Positions 39,598 through 50,125 of a DNA stretch of 64,000 nucleotides are shown one piece after another. The translations under genes and the position numbers were made by a program. The notes beneath the pieces were generated by a model, which saw nothing but the letters and a program-made list of their open reading frames with translations, searched no databases and was not told the DNA's origin. The DNA is from Dehalococcoidia bacterium (GTDB lineage: Bacteria; Chloroflexota; Dehalococcoidia; GIF9; AB-539-J10). Numbering within the stretch: position 1 is the first letter of the stretch; every line of letters begins with the position of its first letter. Where the stretch lies: positions 4,175 to 68,174 of the forward strand of contig PWUU01000074.1 of assembly GCA_003562475.1 (NCBI GenBank), written 5' to 3'.

Positions 39598-41091
39598 GTG
39601 AGCACCCTGCGTCAGAGGAGGCCTCCCCTGCTCTCGAAGTCCCGGTTTACGGCCGGGCTGCAATGCCACAAGCGCCTCTACCTGGCATGCTTCCACAATT
39701 CACTGGCAGACCCGGTGACGAAACAGCAACAGGTGCTCTTCGACTCCGGTACTGAAGTCGGAGTGCTCGCGCAGGGCCTCTTTCCAGACGGCAAACTCAT
39801 CTCCGAGGATTACACAAACCATTCAGGCGCCATGGCCTCAACACAAGAGGCACTGCGCGCATCCACACCTTCTCCTCTATACGAAGCAGCTTTCGCACAT
39901 GACGGAGTGAGAATCCGTGTAGATCTGCTCGTTCCCGTGGAGCGGACCCGGTTCGACATCATGGAGGTCAAGTCGACGAGCAAGGTCAAGGAGGAACATC
40001 TCTACGACGTAGGGATCCAATGGTACGTACTCCGTGGCTCTGGCATACAGATACGGCATGCCTGTGTTTGTCATCTCAACACTACCTACGTGTACCAGGG
40101 AGGCGCATACGACCTGAGCCGGCTCTTTCGGATCGTAGATGTAACCGGCGAGTGTGAAGCATTGCTGTCCGAGGTTCCTTCACTCCTCGCAGGGATGAGA
40201 CATGCGCTCGACAGCCTCGAGCCACCGGATGTAAGCCCCGGCAGACACTGCATCAGACCGTATCTCTGCGAGTTCTACGGACACTGTCACGCAGGCCAGT
40301 CGGAACATCCCACAACACAGCTTCCCCGTGCTGGTGAAAGTCTGCTGTCTTCTCTCAAAGAAGCAGGAATAGAGGATATCCGGGACATCCCCAGGTCCTT
40401 CCCGGGATTAAACGCCCTGCAACGCAGGGTACGCGACTGCGTGGCGGATAATCGATTCTACCTTGCTCCATCGTTGGCGGACCAGCTGCGGCAACTTAGC
40501 CGACCTGTTCACTTCCTTGACCTGGAGGCATTCAATCCCGCGCTTCCCCTCTACAAGGGCACACGTCCGTATCAGGTCATCCCATTCCAGTGGTCTGTGC
40601 ATTCATTGCAGGAGGACGGGAGCCTGCACCACCAGGAGTTCCTGTACGAAGGAGATAGTACTCCTCAGGAGCCGTTCGCAGAGAGCCTCCTGGCCGCCCT
40701 GGGCGACTCGGGACCGGTGCTCGTTTACTCCAGCTATGAGGCCGCGCGCATACGCGAACTGGCAGAGGCACTTCCCGCACTCTCAGATCGCCTTCGAGCG
40801 CTCCTGGGTGGAAGGATGGTTGACATGCTGGAGCTTGTGCGCGCTCATTGCTACCATCCGGAGTTTCACGGCTCATTCTCTATCAAGTCGGTCGTTCCTG
40901 CACTCATACCACACCTGGGATACGACGACCTTGCCATCGCCGACGGCACATTGGCATCGATGGCCTATGCGGAGATGCTGCGACCCGAGACGGCGCAGGA
41001 GCGAAAACAGGAGATCAGGGAGAATCTACTCGCCTACTGCGCACGTGATACGCTCGCAGTGGTGGAGCTATTCAGGTTTTTCATCAGTTGA
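39598..41091 (+). CDS. DUF2779-domain protein: Cas4-like PD-(D/E)XK nuclease fused to an RNase H-like domain
   Basis: LSKS...GLQC.KRLYL, RVDLL..., EVKS, C..PY.CEF..HC, FLDLE, PFQWS, GSFSIKSV, YC.RDT. Confidence 0.85.
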   Translation: MSTLRQRRPPLLSKSRFTAGLQCHKRLYLACFHNSLADPVTKQQQVLFDSGTEVGVLAQGLFPDGKLISEDYTNHSGAMASTQEALRASTPSPLYEAAFAHDGVRIRVDLLVPVERTRFDIMEVKSTSKVKEEHLYDVGIQWYVLRGSGIQIRHACVCHLNTTYVYQGGAYDLSRLFRIVDVTGECEALLSEVPSLLAGMRHALDSLEPPDVSPGRHCIRPYLCEFYGHCHAGQSEHPTTQLPRAGESLLSSLKEAGIEDIRDIPRSFPGLNALQRRVRDCVADNRFYLAPSLADQLRQLSRPVHFLDLEAFNPALPLYKGTRPYQVIPFQWSVHSLQEDGSLHHQEFLYEGDSTPQEPFAESLLAALGDSGPVLVYSSYEAARIRELAEALPALSDRLRALLGGRMVDMLELVRAHCYHPEFHGSFSIKSVVPALIPHLGYDDLAIADGTLASMAYAEMLRPETAQERKQEIRENLLAYCARDTLAVVELFRFFIS

Positions 41092-41262
41092 GTGACCCTG
41101 TCGTCCCGGCCTTCTCTGTTGCACATTCCATCGTGCGAGAGCTTTACATCATTATCGAATCCGTCTACCATCGCCACAGATTGGATTGCAGGGGCCATCG
41201 TCACCCTCACCTTCCCTGCCTGCACATGTCACCTGTAACGCTCTCGACGTGAGGAGGGGCAA

Positions 41263-42546
41263 ATGCGGCACACGAAGACACGTGTCCTCGTCCTCATGTG
41301 CATCGCGATGCTGCTGGGCTACATGCCCTGGTACAGCTTCTCCGCGGTCGCTGCCTACCTCGCACAGGACTTCGGCCTCGGCGCAGGCCAGATGGGAGCC
41401 ATCCTGTCGGTCTTCCAGGTGGGGTATGTCGTCATCGTCGTCTTCACCGGGTGGCTCGCCGACCGTATCGGACCCCGGAGAGTAGTCGCCTGGGCAACGC
41501 TTCTCGCAGCGATCTCGTCCACAGCATTCCTGTTCCTGGCGCGCGACTTCGCGAGCATCCTTGTGCTCAGGCTGGCTGTTGGCCTCTCGTGCGGCGCCAT
41601 CTATGCACCGGGCATGGCGTTTCTCTCTTCCTGGTTCTCGCCGAAGGAGAGGGGAAAGGCCATAGGCGCCTACACAGCCGCTCTCACTGCCGCCTACGGA
41701 GGTGGCTACCTGGTAGCGGCACCTCTCGCTGCTGCCCATGGCTGGCGGGTAGGAATGCTGGGGACATCTATCCCTGTCTTCGTGGCTGCATTCATTGTCT
41801 TCTTCCTCGTTCGTGACACAGGACCGAACGAGGATTCGCCGGGCAATTCAGAATCCCCGCCGACCGCCGACATCGATCCTTCCAGCTACGGCGGTACCAG
41901 GCGCACGCTGCTGGCAGCTCAGTTGCTCATATCGCTCGCCTACATGGGCCACATGTGGGAGCTTTACGCGTTCTGGGGATGGATCGGGCCTTACTATGTG
42001 GCAAACGTCCTGCACGCAGGCTACGGTGAAGCACAGGCCGTCTCCATCGGCGGCATGCTATCCGCACTGGTCATCTTCGCGGGCGTACCCGCAGTCTGGT
42101 TTGTCGGGTCGCTCTCGGACCGTATCGGTCGCCTCAAGGCCATCATCATCGCATCGCTCGCCAGCCTCATTGTCCAGTGCACATTCGGATTCCTGTTCGG
42201 AAGACCCCTCGAACTGGTCGTACTCGTCGGACTGTGGCTGGGTTTCTGGGTCATTGCCGATTCGGGCATCTACAAGGCAGGGCTCACCGAGTTGGTGAAC
42301 GCAAATCGACGTTCGCTGGCCCTTGGACTTCAATCTGCTGCAGGCTTCTCACTAACCGTTGTCTCTCCAATGGTCTTTGGCAATCTTCTCGAGATCACCA
42401 ACACGAAAGGAATCGACCCAACTACAGCCACGAGCTGGGGGATCCCGTTCCTCGTGCTCGGACTGGGAGCGCTGGTTGCACCTCTTGCAACCGTGGCGCT
42501 GCGCCGCCTGCCAGAGGCGAAGCTGCTCTCGCGGGATCAGAGCTAG
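41263..42546 (+). CDS. MFS transporter
   Basis: GWLADRIGPRR and GSLSDRIGR motif A; GHMWELYAFWGW; 12 TMs. Confidence 0.93.
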   Translation: MRHTKTRVLVLMCIAMLLGYMPWYSFSAVAAYLAQDFGLGAGQMGAILSVFQVGYVVIVVFTGWLADRIGPRRVVAWATLLAAISSTAFLFLARDFASILVLRLAVGLSCGAIYAPGMAFLSSWFSPKERGKAIGAYTAALTAAYGGGYLVAAPLAAAHGWRVGMLGTSIPVFVAAFIVFFLVRDTGPNEDSPGNSESPPTADIDPSSYGGTRRTLLAAQLLISLAYMGHMWELYAFWGWIGPYYVANVLHAGYGEAQAVSIGGMLSALVIFAGVPAVWFVGSLSDRIGRLKAIIIASLASLIVQCTFGFLFGRPLELVVLVGLWLGFWVIADSGIYKAGLTELVNANRRSLALGLQSAAGFSLTVVSPMVFGNLLEITNTKGIDPTTATSWGIPFLVLGLGALVAPLATVALRRLPEAKLLSRDQS

Positions 42547-42797
42547 CCTGCCATCGAAAAACCCGAGACCAGGATCCCAACAATCACAACGGCTGCCACC
42601 ACGAGGAGAGCCACGCGCAACCGGCCACCAGGTCCAGTCAGACCGCAACAACAACCTGAGTCGCTATCAGAAGGCACCGTATCAGCGTCTTCACGCCTCC
42701 CGGACTTCCCACCAGGATGGCGGGAGTCCTCGGGATGGCCTGACGCCTGACCACGTAGCTCCTGGCCGCTCTGGAAATGCCTTCTTTCATCGCTCAT
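42543..42797 (-). CDS. Small protein with CCC motif and C-terminal TM
   Basis: MSDERR...SGCCCG...VALLVVAAVVIVGILV; overlaps the end of the hydratase gene; GGAGGAG upstream. Confidence 0.5.
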   Translation of the reverse strand: MSDERRHFQSGQELRGQASGHPEDSRHPGGKSGRREDADTVPSDSDSGCCCGLTGPGGRLRVALLVVAAVVIVGILVSGFSMAG

Positions 42798-43590
42798 CGC
42801 AGATCTCCTCCGTGCCCCAACGGGGCGTCCGCTTCTCGAGAAACGCCGCAGATCCTTCTGCAGGCTCCCCGGAAGCATACAATCGCTCGATGAGCTCCGG
42901 CTCGGCTGCTGACACATCACCAAACCACGCGGGTGCCGATGCATTCACGAGCTTCTTGGCCATACGCATGGCGAGCGGGCCACCCGACCGCATGCGATCA
43001 ACCACACCTTCTACTGACGGCATTAGCGTCACCGCAGGTACACACATGTTCGCCAGGTTCATCTCACACGCCTCCGCAGCACTCACCTGCCTGCGCGTCA
43101 GGATGAGGTCTTTCGCGTTGGCAGGACCTACCACGGTCACAAGTAGAGGCGTACAGGCCCAGGAGAAGAAGTAGCCGAGGCTCGTGTTTGGCAGCGACCA
43201 TGTGGAATCGTCAGCTGCGACCCGGAGGTCACAGGCGATAGCGATCGCAACGCCCGCGCCTATGCACGCCCCATTCACCGCCGCCACGGTTATCTGCTCC
43301 ACGTCGCGCAAGCGCTTGACCAGGTCCTGTCCAATACGCTGATGCCGTCGCGCCGATGCCGGGTCATTCTCTACGGACATCGCATCGCTCTTCAGGTCGA
43401 CGCCAGCCATGAACGATCTCCCCTCTCCCGTGAAAACGACGAAACGGGTCTGGTCATCTTCGTCCAGCTGCCGGCACAACGCTATCATCTCACGAAGCAT
43501 CTGTCCATCCAGCGCATTATGCAGGCGCGGATTATTGAACCTCACCTTCATGAGGTCACCGTGTTTTTCGACCAGCAGCTTCTCATACAT
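42787..43590 (-). CDS. Enoyl-CoA hydratase/isomerase (crotonase) family
   Basis: N.P..HNAL, FMAGVDL, AAVNGACIGAG, ACDLR, EG..AFLEKR.P. Confidence 0.92.
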   Translation of the reverse strand: MYEKLLVEKHGDLMKVRFNNPRLHNALDGQMLREMIALCRQLDEDDQTRFVVFTGEGRSFMAGVDLKSDAMSVENDPASARRHQRIGQDLVKRLRDVEQITVAAVNGACIGAGVAIAIACDLRVAADDSTWSLPNTSLGYFFSWACTPLLVTVVGPANAKDLILTRRQVSAAEACEMNLANMCVPAVTLMPSVEGVVDRMRSGGPLAMRMAKKLVNASAPAWFGDVSAAEPELIERLYASGEPAEGSAAFLEKRTPRWGTEEICDER

Positions 43591-43928
43591 GCGCCACGAC
43601 TCTTATGTACGTCACGGCAATAGCCGCATCATAGTACCACATCACCCATCGGAGTACAGCTAACCACGACGCGACAATCAGCCGGTAATTCTCCGGCGAC
43701 AGGAACGCGCGAAAGGAATCGGGCGCCACGCAGCGCGTCGCAGTTCAGCCATAGCCGCCATGTCACCCGGCGCAATATCGAGCATCATCACAGGCACGAA
43801 GGTAACCGCTCCTCGAAGTCTCGCCGGTCAGCAGAACGATAATAATGTGCTGCCATACAAGAGGCGGCGCAAGACACTTAGCCTTCCTCACTGCCATTTC
43901 CGCGCCAGAGAGCGTAAAATCCTTCCCT

Positions 43929-44891
43929 ATGGATAACCAGAGCGATTCCTCTATCCAGTCCACCAAAGTAAAGGTCGCGAAGACCGCGATCGTCACCATC
44001 TCATCGCTCTTTGTGCTCAAGGTGGCAGCTGCCGCCGCCACGGGCAGTATCGGGATCCTCGCGGACGCCCTGCACAGCCTCCTCGACCTTTCGGCAGCCC
44101 TGATTGGCTACGTCGCCGTGCGTGTTTCTGGAAAGCCCCCGGACAGGGAGCACCATTTTGGCCACGGCAGGGCCGAGGATATCGCTGGAGCGAGCATTGC
44201 CACAATCATATTCATCGCAGCGGGCATTATCGCCTACCAGGCGATACAGCGGCTTGCAGAAGGTACCGCCGTCCAGATGGTGGAAGCTGGCATCATCGCA
44301 ACAGGCGTTGCGATCGCGATAAATGTGGCTGTGTCACGGTACGTCCTGAGAATAGCGAAGGCAGCAGATTCGGTCGCGCTCGAAGCCACGGGGCGCGACC
44401 TGATGGCAGACGTGATGAGTTCGGTGGCGGTGTTCATCGGACTGATTCTCGTAAGAATAACCGGACAGCCCGTGTTGGACCCCGTGGTGGCACTCATAGT
44501 GGTGGCGCTCATCGCCCGAACCGCCCACGGCACACTGCGCAAGGCTATCAGGAACCTCATGGACACGAAGCTTCCAGAGAAAGAAGAACGCAAAATACGT
44601 CAATTGCTGGGACAACATGAAGAAATAGCCAATTACCATAGCCTTCGTACCCGGAAGGCGGGCAGTCAGCGTCACGTGGTTGCTCACATTGTCGTCTCGC
44701 GCGACCACACTGTTGAAGAGGGCCACCGTATCGCCGAGGAGGTCGAGGACCAGATACGGGCCCTCTACAGGGGAACGACGGTGACCGTCCACGTCGAGCC
44801 GTGCACGCCCGAGTGTACCGAGTGTCCAGCGCCATGCCGAGAGCACCAGGAGCATCACAACGCCCGGAGGGGAACTCAACCATCATCCTAA
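43929..44891 (+). CDS. Cation diffusion facilitator (FieF-like) with C-terminal Cys cluster
   Basis: ADALHSLLD, PPD.EHHFGHG, LRTRKAG, EEGH, VHVEPC..EC.EC...C. Confidence 0.93.
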   Translation: MDNQSDSSIQSTKVKVAKTAIVTISSLFVLKVAAAAATGSIGILADALHSLLDLSAALIGYVAVRVSGKPPDREHHFGHGRAEDIAGASIATIIFIAAGIIAYQAIQRLAEGTAVQMVEAGIIATGVAIAINVAVSRYVLRIAKAADSVALEATGRDLMADVMSSVAVFIGLILVRITGQPVLDPVVALIVVALIARTAHGTLRKAIRNLMDTKLPEKEERKIRQLLGQHEEIANYHSLRTRKAGSQRHVVAHIVVSRDHTVEEGHRIAEEVEDQIRALYRGTTVTVHVEPCTPECTECPAPCREHQEHHNARRGTQPSS

Positions 44892-44968
44892 ACCAGCCGT
44901 GTGCACCATCGTTGTACAGATAGCAGTGACATATGCCGGCGGGACCGGATGATGTCCAGAGGAGTACC

Positions 44969-45208
44969 ATGGACGACACAGCGTTTCATTATTCCCGCAC
45001 TCTGCGGATCATCATGGTTCTCGCAATCGTCGTGCCACTACTTGGCATCAGTCTTCTCTTGTGGTACTTCTCCTCGGTGGACGTTCCCGAGGCAATCGGC
45101 GTCGCAGGCGAGGGAGTGGTCGTGAACGCTGTTCCGAATGATCCGGATGCCCACGTCTCTGGTCTTACATTGGCGCCGGACGGCGACGAGCAGCAGGCTG
45201 AGATCTAG
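44969..45208 (+). CDS. Small single-TM hypothetical protein
   Basis: RBS GAGGAG; one hydrophobic helix and an acidic tail. Confidence 0.55.
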   Translation: MDDTAFHYSRTLRIIMVLAIVVPLLGISLLLWYFSSVDVPEAIGVAGEGVVVNAVPNDPDAHVSGLTLAPDGDEQQAEI

Positions 45209-45308
45209 TCGTACAACCCGGCTTCGCCATGGTTCGCAATCGCAACAGTTCCACATAAGATTCCAAGATTTCCTCCGCAAGATTGCCCTAATCGTAGTTC
45301 ACGAGTGT

Positions 45309-45432
45309 TTGACATTCGTATACGAGCACGACTAGAATGTCGCTGCATCATGAGACATGCAGGCTGGTGTGCGGGAAGCAACTGACGGGCTTAGGCCCTG
45401 TTCCATTGTAAAGACAGGGCCCTTCATTTGTC
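45309..45432 (+). promoter_or_regulatory. Promoter and attenuator-like leader of ppdK
   Basis: TTGACA-N18-TAGAAT; hairpin GGCCCTGT/ACAGGGCC followed by CTTCATTTGTCTT. Confidence 0.55.
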
Positions 45433-45537
45433 TTGAGGGCGCTGGTTAACAGGATAGACCGGAATCCGATTATTCTGGTATTCGCATCGCCGCACCGAGC
45501 TCAATACCGGAGCCTGTGGGTTCCAGCAGGAGGATCG

Positions 45538-48237
45538 ATGACCAGAAAATACGTGTACTCGTTCGGTGACGGGACGGCCGAAGGCAGAGCAGATCTCAAG
45601 GACCTGCTTGGAGGTAAGGGGGCCAATCTCGCTGAGATGGCGCGTATGGGCGTACCCGTCCCGCCGGGCTTCACTATCACAACTGACGCATGTAACCACT
45701 ACCTTAAGAACAACAGGACTCTCCCCGATGGTCTTGAAGAAGAAGTGGAGCAGGCTCTTACAAGCCTGGAGAACGCACGCGGATTGGCCTTCGGTGACAG
45801 GGACGATCCTCTCCTGCTGTCCGTTCGATCAGGATCCCGAGTCTCCATGCCCGGCATGATGGATACCGTCCTCGACCTCGGGTTGAACGAGGATTCGGTG
45901 CGCGGGCTCGCCAAGAAAACGAATAATCCGCGTTTCGCATGGGATAGTTTTCGGCGTCTCATCAAGATGTACAGCAACGTGGTGCTTGGTGTGCCCGACG
46001 CGGTACTGAACAACGTCGAGAACCAGATCAAACATGAGCGAGGCGTACGGTTGGATAGCGATCTTCCTGCAGAAGACCTGCCTGGACTCACAGAGTTGCT
46101 TCGTGAAGAAGTGAAGAAGTTCTCCGAAAAGGAATTCCCGCTGGACCCTCGAGACCAGCTCTGGACGGCCATCGAGGCCGTCTTCAACTCGTGGAACACA
46201 CCCCGCGCCATAGCCTACCGGGAAATGAACGAAATCTCCCACGACCTTGGCACTGCGGCAACGATTCAGTCGATGGTGTTTGGCAACATGGGCGATGACT
46301 GCGGGACAGGCGTGGTCTTCTCTCGAGACCCATCGACGGGCCAGAAGGTCCTCACCGGGGAGTTCCTGCCCAACGCTCAGGGGGAGGATATCGTTGCCGG
46401 CACCTCCACCCCACGTCCAGTCGAAGAGATGCAGGACCTCATGCCCGCGGCCTACGAACAGCTTGAAGCGATGGCACGGCGACTCGAGAAGCACTTCAAG
46501 GATATTCAGGATATCGAGTTCACCGTAGAGAACGGCAAGCTGTGGATACTCCAGACCCGCGCCGGCAAGAGAGCGGCACAGGCCTCTATCAAGGTGGCGA
46601 CAGATCTCACGCGCGAGCGAGTGATGGGCGCGACAGACGCGTTTCTCAGAATCACACCCCAGCAGCTCGAACAGGTGCTACACCCGATCATCGATCCTGG
46701 CGCCAGGCGCGAGGTGGTGGCTCGTGGACTTCCGGCTTCTCCCGGCGCAGCATCCGGCCGCGTCGCCTTCAACCCGGACGAGCTTATCGAGATGCAGTCA
46801 AAGGACGGTGGCTCATACATTCTGGTGAGGTCGGAGACGTCGGCCGACGACATCCGCGGCATCAATGCCGCTGTCGGCATTCTCACCACCCGTGGCGGCA
46901 TCACATCGCACGCGGCAGTCGTCGCCCGCGGTATGGGCAAGTGCTGCGTGGTTGGTGCCTCCGCCATCGACATCCATGAAGACAAGGATGAGTTCATTGT
47001 CGGGAACCGGATTGTCACTAAGGGCGACTGGATCACCATAGATGGCACTACCGGCGAGGTAATCATCGGCCAGCTTCCCACGACACGACCCGAGCTCAGC
47101 ACTGAGTTCCAGGAGCTCATGTTGTGGGCCGACCTTGTAAAGCAGATAGGCGTGATGACGAACGCAGACACCGCCTCTGATTCTCGCGTCGCGCGTCAGT
47201 TCGGCGCGGAAGGAATCGGTCTCTGCCGAACCGAACACATGTTTTTCCAACAGGACCGCATCGACCACTTCCGCAAAGCCATCCTGGCTCAGGACCACAG
47301 CGAGCGCGTCAGCGCCCTCGAGGAACTGCTTCCGTTTCAGAAGAGCGACTTCACCGACATCTTCCAGGTGATGGAAGGCCTCCCTGTAACCGTCCGGCTC
47401 CTCGATCCGCCACTGCACGAGTTCCTGCCTCTCCCCCACGACGAGGACGAGCTGACCGCGCTTGCCAAGCGCCTCCGCCTCCCATATCGTCGTGTTAGAG
47501 AGCGTGTGCATGGGCTCGAGCAGTTCAACCCGATGCTCGGCCACCGCGGCTGTCGTCTCGGAATCACATTTCCCGAGATCTACGAGATGCAGGTCAGGGC
47601 CATAATCGAGGCTGCATATGAGCTCATGCGCGAAGGCGTCACCGTACAGCCAGAGATCATGCTGCCGTTCGTGAGCGCCGAGGAGGAACTGGCTATCCTC
47701 CGCCAACTGGTCTTCACTTCGGCAGAGGAAGTCAGATCCAGGATGAAATTCCCCGACTCGAATTTCAAGTTTGGCATCATGATAGAACTCCCACGAGCAG
47801 CGCTGATCGGGGATCGCCTTGCCCCATACTGCGACTTCTTCTCGTTCGGCACAAACGACCTGACGCAATCGACCTATGGCTACAGTCGTGACGATATCGG
47901 AACATTCCTCACTGCATACGTCGAGAAAGGCATCCTCAAGCAAGACCCGTTTGTGACCATCGACAGGGCTGCTGTTGGCGAGTTGATGCGAACATGCGTC
48001 GAGCGCGGCAAGAGAACCAATTCTGATTTGAAGATCGGTGTGTGCGGCGAGCACGGTGGCGACCCTGAATCGGTGAAATTCTTCCACCAGATAGGAGTCG
48101 ACTACGTGAGCTGTTCGCCCTATCGAGTTCCCGTCGCGCGCTTCGCCGCGTCACAGGCCGCCATCCTCACGAAACGCGAGAGCAACAACGGGCTCATGGA
48201 AACGCGCAGCAAGATGATGCCGCCGCTGACCCCCTGA
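45538..48237 (+). CDS. ppdK: Pyruvate, phosphate dikinase
   Basis: LLGGKGANLAEM, SMPGMMDT, GGITSHAAVVARG (phospho-His), GLCRTEHMF, SFGTNDLTQ, CGEHGG; RBS AGGAGG. Confidence 0.97.
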   Translation: MTRKYVYSFGDGTAEGRADLKDLLGGKGANLAEMARMGVPVPPGFTITTDACNHYLKNNRTLPDGLEEEVEQALTSLENARGLAFGDRDDPLLLSVRSGSRVSMPGMMDTVLDLGLNEDSVRGLAKKTNNPRFAWDSFRRLIKMYSNVVLGVPDAVLNNVENQIKHERGVRLDSDLPAEDLPGLTELLREEVKKFSEKEFPLDPRDQLWTAIEAVFNSWNTPRAIAYREMNEISHDLGTAATIQSMVFGNMGDDCGTGVVFSRDPSTGQKVLTGEFLPNAQGEDIVAGTSTPRPVEEMQDLMPAAYEQLEAMARRLEKHFKDIQDIEFTVENGKLWILQTRAGKRAAQASIKVATDLTRERVMGATDAFLRITPQQLEQVLHPIIDPGARREVVARGLPASPGAASGRVAFNPDELIEMQSKDGGSYILVRSETSADDIRGINAAVGILTTRGGITSHAAVVARGMGKCCVVGASAIDIHEDKDEFIVGNRIVTKGDWITIDGTTGEVIIGQLPTTRPELSTEFQELMLWADLVKQIGVMTNADTASDSRVARQFGAEGIGLCRTEHMFFQQDRIDHFRKAILAQDHSERVSALEELLPFQKSDFTDIFQVMEGLPVTVRLLDPPLHEFLPLPHDEDELTALAKRLRLPYRRVRERVHGLEQFNPMLGHRGCRLGITFPEIYEMQVRAIIEAAYELMREGVTVQPEIMLPFVSAEEELAILRQLVFTSAEEVRSRMKFPDSNFKFGIMIELPRAALIGDRLAPYCDFFSFGTNDLTQSTYGYSRDDIGTFLTAYVEKGILKQDPFVTIDRAAVGELMRTCVERGKRTNSDLKIGVCGEHGGDPESVKFFHQIGVDYVSCSPYRVPVARFAASQAAILTKRESNNGLMETRSKMMPPLTP

Positions 48238-48348
48238 CGAGAGAAACAGCGAGTGTCCATACGCCAACAGCGCAACCTTGTTCGATGGCGTCTTCTCGCG
48301 GGTGTGCATCGTCCCACCGGGGACCTTCACCACACCGCGTTACATCGC

Positions 48349-49133
48349 TCAGGGGTGGTAACACCCTCCGGACGCTTCATCGCGCGATAGATTCGAGGCA
48401 CGCGCTACCCCGGTTACTGCCTGGGACCGGATGCACTCTATTACAGCTTCGTTACACCGTATTTTCGTCATGTCATACCGCTCCCGGCAGACAATCCTTT
48501 CGAGGGAGCGGCGTCGCGGGCCCAGTTCTCGAGCACGTGCGAGCGCCGCAGCCCTTGCCGCCTCCTTTTCGTGCGGGCAGCCGAGAGGAACGATGTGATC
48601 CACGGTGAAGTAGTCGGGAATGCCCGGCAACTCGCGTGTCTCCATCTCGGGTTGCCCATCCTGCAGCGTGCCTCACGCGGTCGCGAGGCCAGGGCCCGTG
48701 GCACCGGCTGGAGACTGTAGACACAGGTCGCGAGCCTCCATCGCCGCAACGCATTGCCGCGAAGGATGCGCGGATACCCTTCCATCACACGTCGATTCTC
48801 CGGCGCGATGATAACAACAGGCGCTGCCAGAGAAACGGCTGCCCAGAGACACTCCACTTAGACGAGGGGGGCACGTGTGCGTGCTTCATCCAGCAGGGAG
48901 GCCACCAATCGTGCTACCTCGCGCCTTACGAATTCATCCTCGACAACGACGTACACGCATGGCTAACTGTTCGTTGTGGACGGCGCAAGGCAAGCGACAT
49001 CGAGTGTCATTTCGGCGACTCCACGGGGAACCGGATCCGGCTTGAACCTCCTGACACTGTGGCGCACCGCAGCAAGATAAGGGAGGTTATCGAATACAGG
49101 TGAACCGTCCACTTTCGAGACCCCTGCCTGCAT
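48349..49133 (-). pseudogene. Nitroreductase pseudogene
   Basis: RHSVRRFKPDPVP...LAPSTTNS*P with in-frame TAG at 48965-48963 where Q is expected; later parts (APVVII; GIPDYFTVDHIVPLG) lie in other frames. Confidence 0.8.
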
Positions 49134-49326
49134 AGCTGACGATGGCGGGAGTCATTGCGTCTTCTTGTACTGGTGGTGTCCGTGCGTCAATTACGCCTGC
49201 CAGCCTGCCCACTCTGGCCCTCTCGTGCACTCCGCCCGGGAGACGCACGCCCGGCCATCTCAGCACGTATCTTGAGCACATCTCATCTCGCGTGAGATGT
49301 GACCAGGTTCGTACTTCCGTCAGTCT

Positions 49327-49770
49327 CTAATGACTCCTGTCACCCGAGAACCGTCCTATCCCTTTGTGCAGCCCGGATTCGGATGCCAGGTATCGTAGCT
49401 CAAGCTTAAGGCGAAGTCGGGAGTTCCAGACCGCCCGTACCCCACGCTCTTCCACCAGCTCTCTGGTCCACTCTCGCACTACCTGACGCTCTTCGGACGA
49501 TAGCCCCAGAGGCTCGAGATTCCCAAGAAACGCCAGAGGGTCTTCCGATGACTCGGGAAACCCCAGTCCCTCATCGGCACGTTCCAGCGTTCTGGCAAAC
49601 TCCTGATTGAGAATGCCTTCGTGCCTCGAGGCGTCCTGGCGAAGCTTCTCCTGTCTCGCGAGGTCCGCGGGAGTGAGGGGTTGTGCGGGGCTTTCACCAA
49701 TGACTGTCCGGGCACTCTGAGGGCCACGTTTCTTGCCGAAGAGACCACCCAAGAAATCGCCGATTCTCAT
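49327..49770 (-). CDS. Hypothetical protein
   Basis: Strong RBS AAGGAGGTG; 147-aa ORF. Confidence 0.7.
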   Translation of the reverse strand: MRIGDFLGGLFGKKRGPQSARTVIGESPAQPLTPADLARQEKLRQDASRHEGILNQEFARTLERADEGLGFPESSEDPLAFLGNLEPLGLSSEERQVVREWTRELVEERGVRAVWNSRLRLKLELRYLASESGLHKGIGRFSGDRSH

Positions 49771-50020
49771 GCGGCACCTCCTTCACAGACAGCTATCGGC
49801 ACATGGACTGTCTGCCTCATCCAACCGGACCCGCCGTAAAAGGGAATCCTCGACATTCTCCAATCCACCGCAAGTCACTACCAACGGTTGTTGCGGCCTC
49901 CAGATTCCCATACGCAGACCAGAATGGGCCCGTTCATTGTATCACAGAGCCCCTCTTCAAAGCTGTGCGTGATCTGAAGGCAGCTTCCGAAAAAGAGCGC
50001 GTTGCTGGTATCGGTCGAGG

Positions 50021-50074
50021 TTCACGCAATCGCAAATACTTCTTCACGCTGGCTTCACATTCCATTGCTAACCT
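50021..50074 (+). promoter_or_regulatory. OmpR-type direct-repeat site and extended -10
   Basis: TTCAC at 50021, 50043 and 50054 (22- and 11-bp spacing), then TGCTAACCT. Confidence 0.55.
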
Positions 50075-50125
50075 TGCAATCGCACCTCCAAGAGGTCATA
50101 TGGATCCTGGTGCAAGGAGGCCGGT

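Noticed and set aside
43600-43928. NiCo riboswitch upstream of the CDF gene
   Set aside because: No recognisable four-way-junction consensus.
48963-48965. Pyrrolysine or amber readthrough in the nitroreductase
   Set aside because: The TAG is one transition from CAG (Gln) and additional frameshifts are present, so decay is the simpler explanation.
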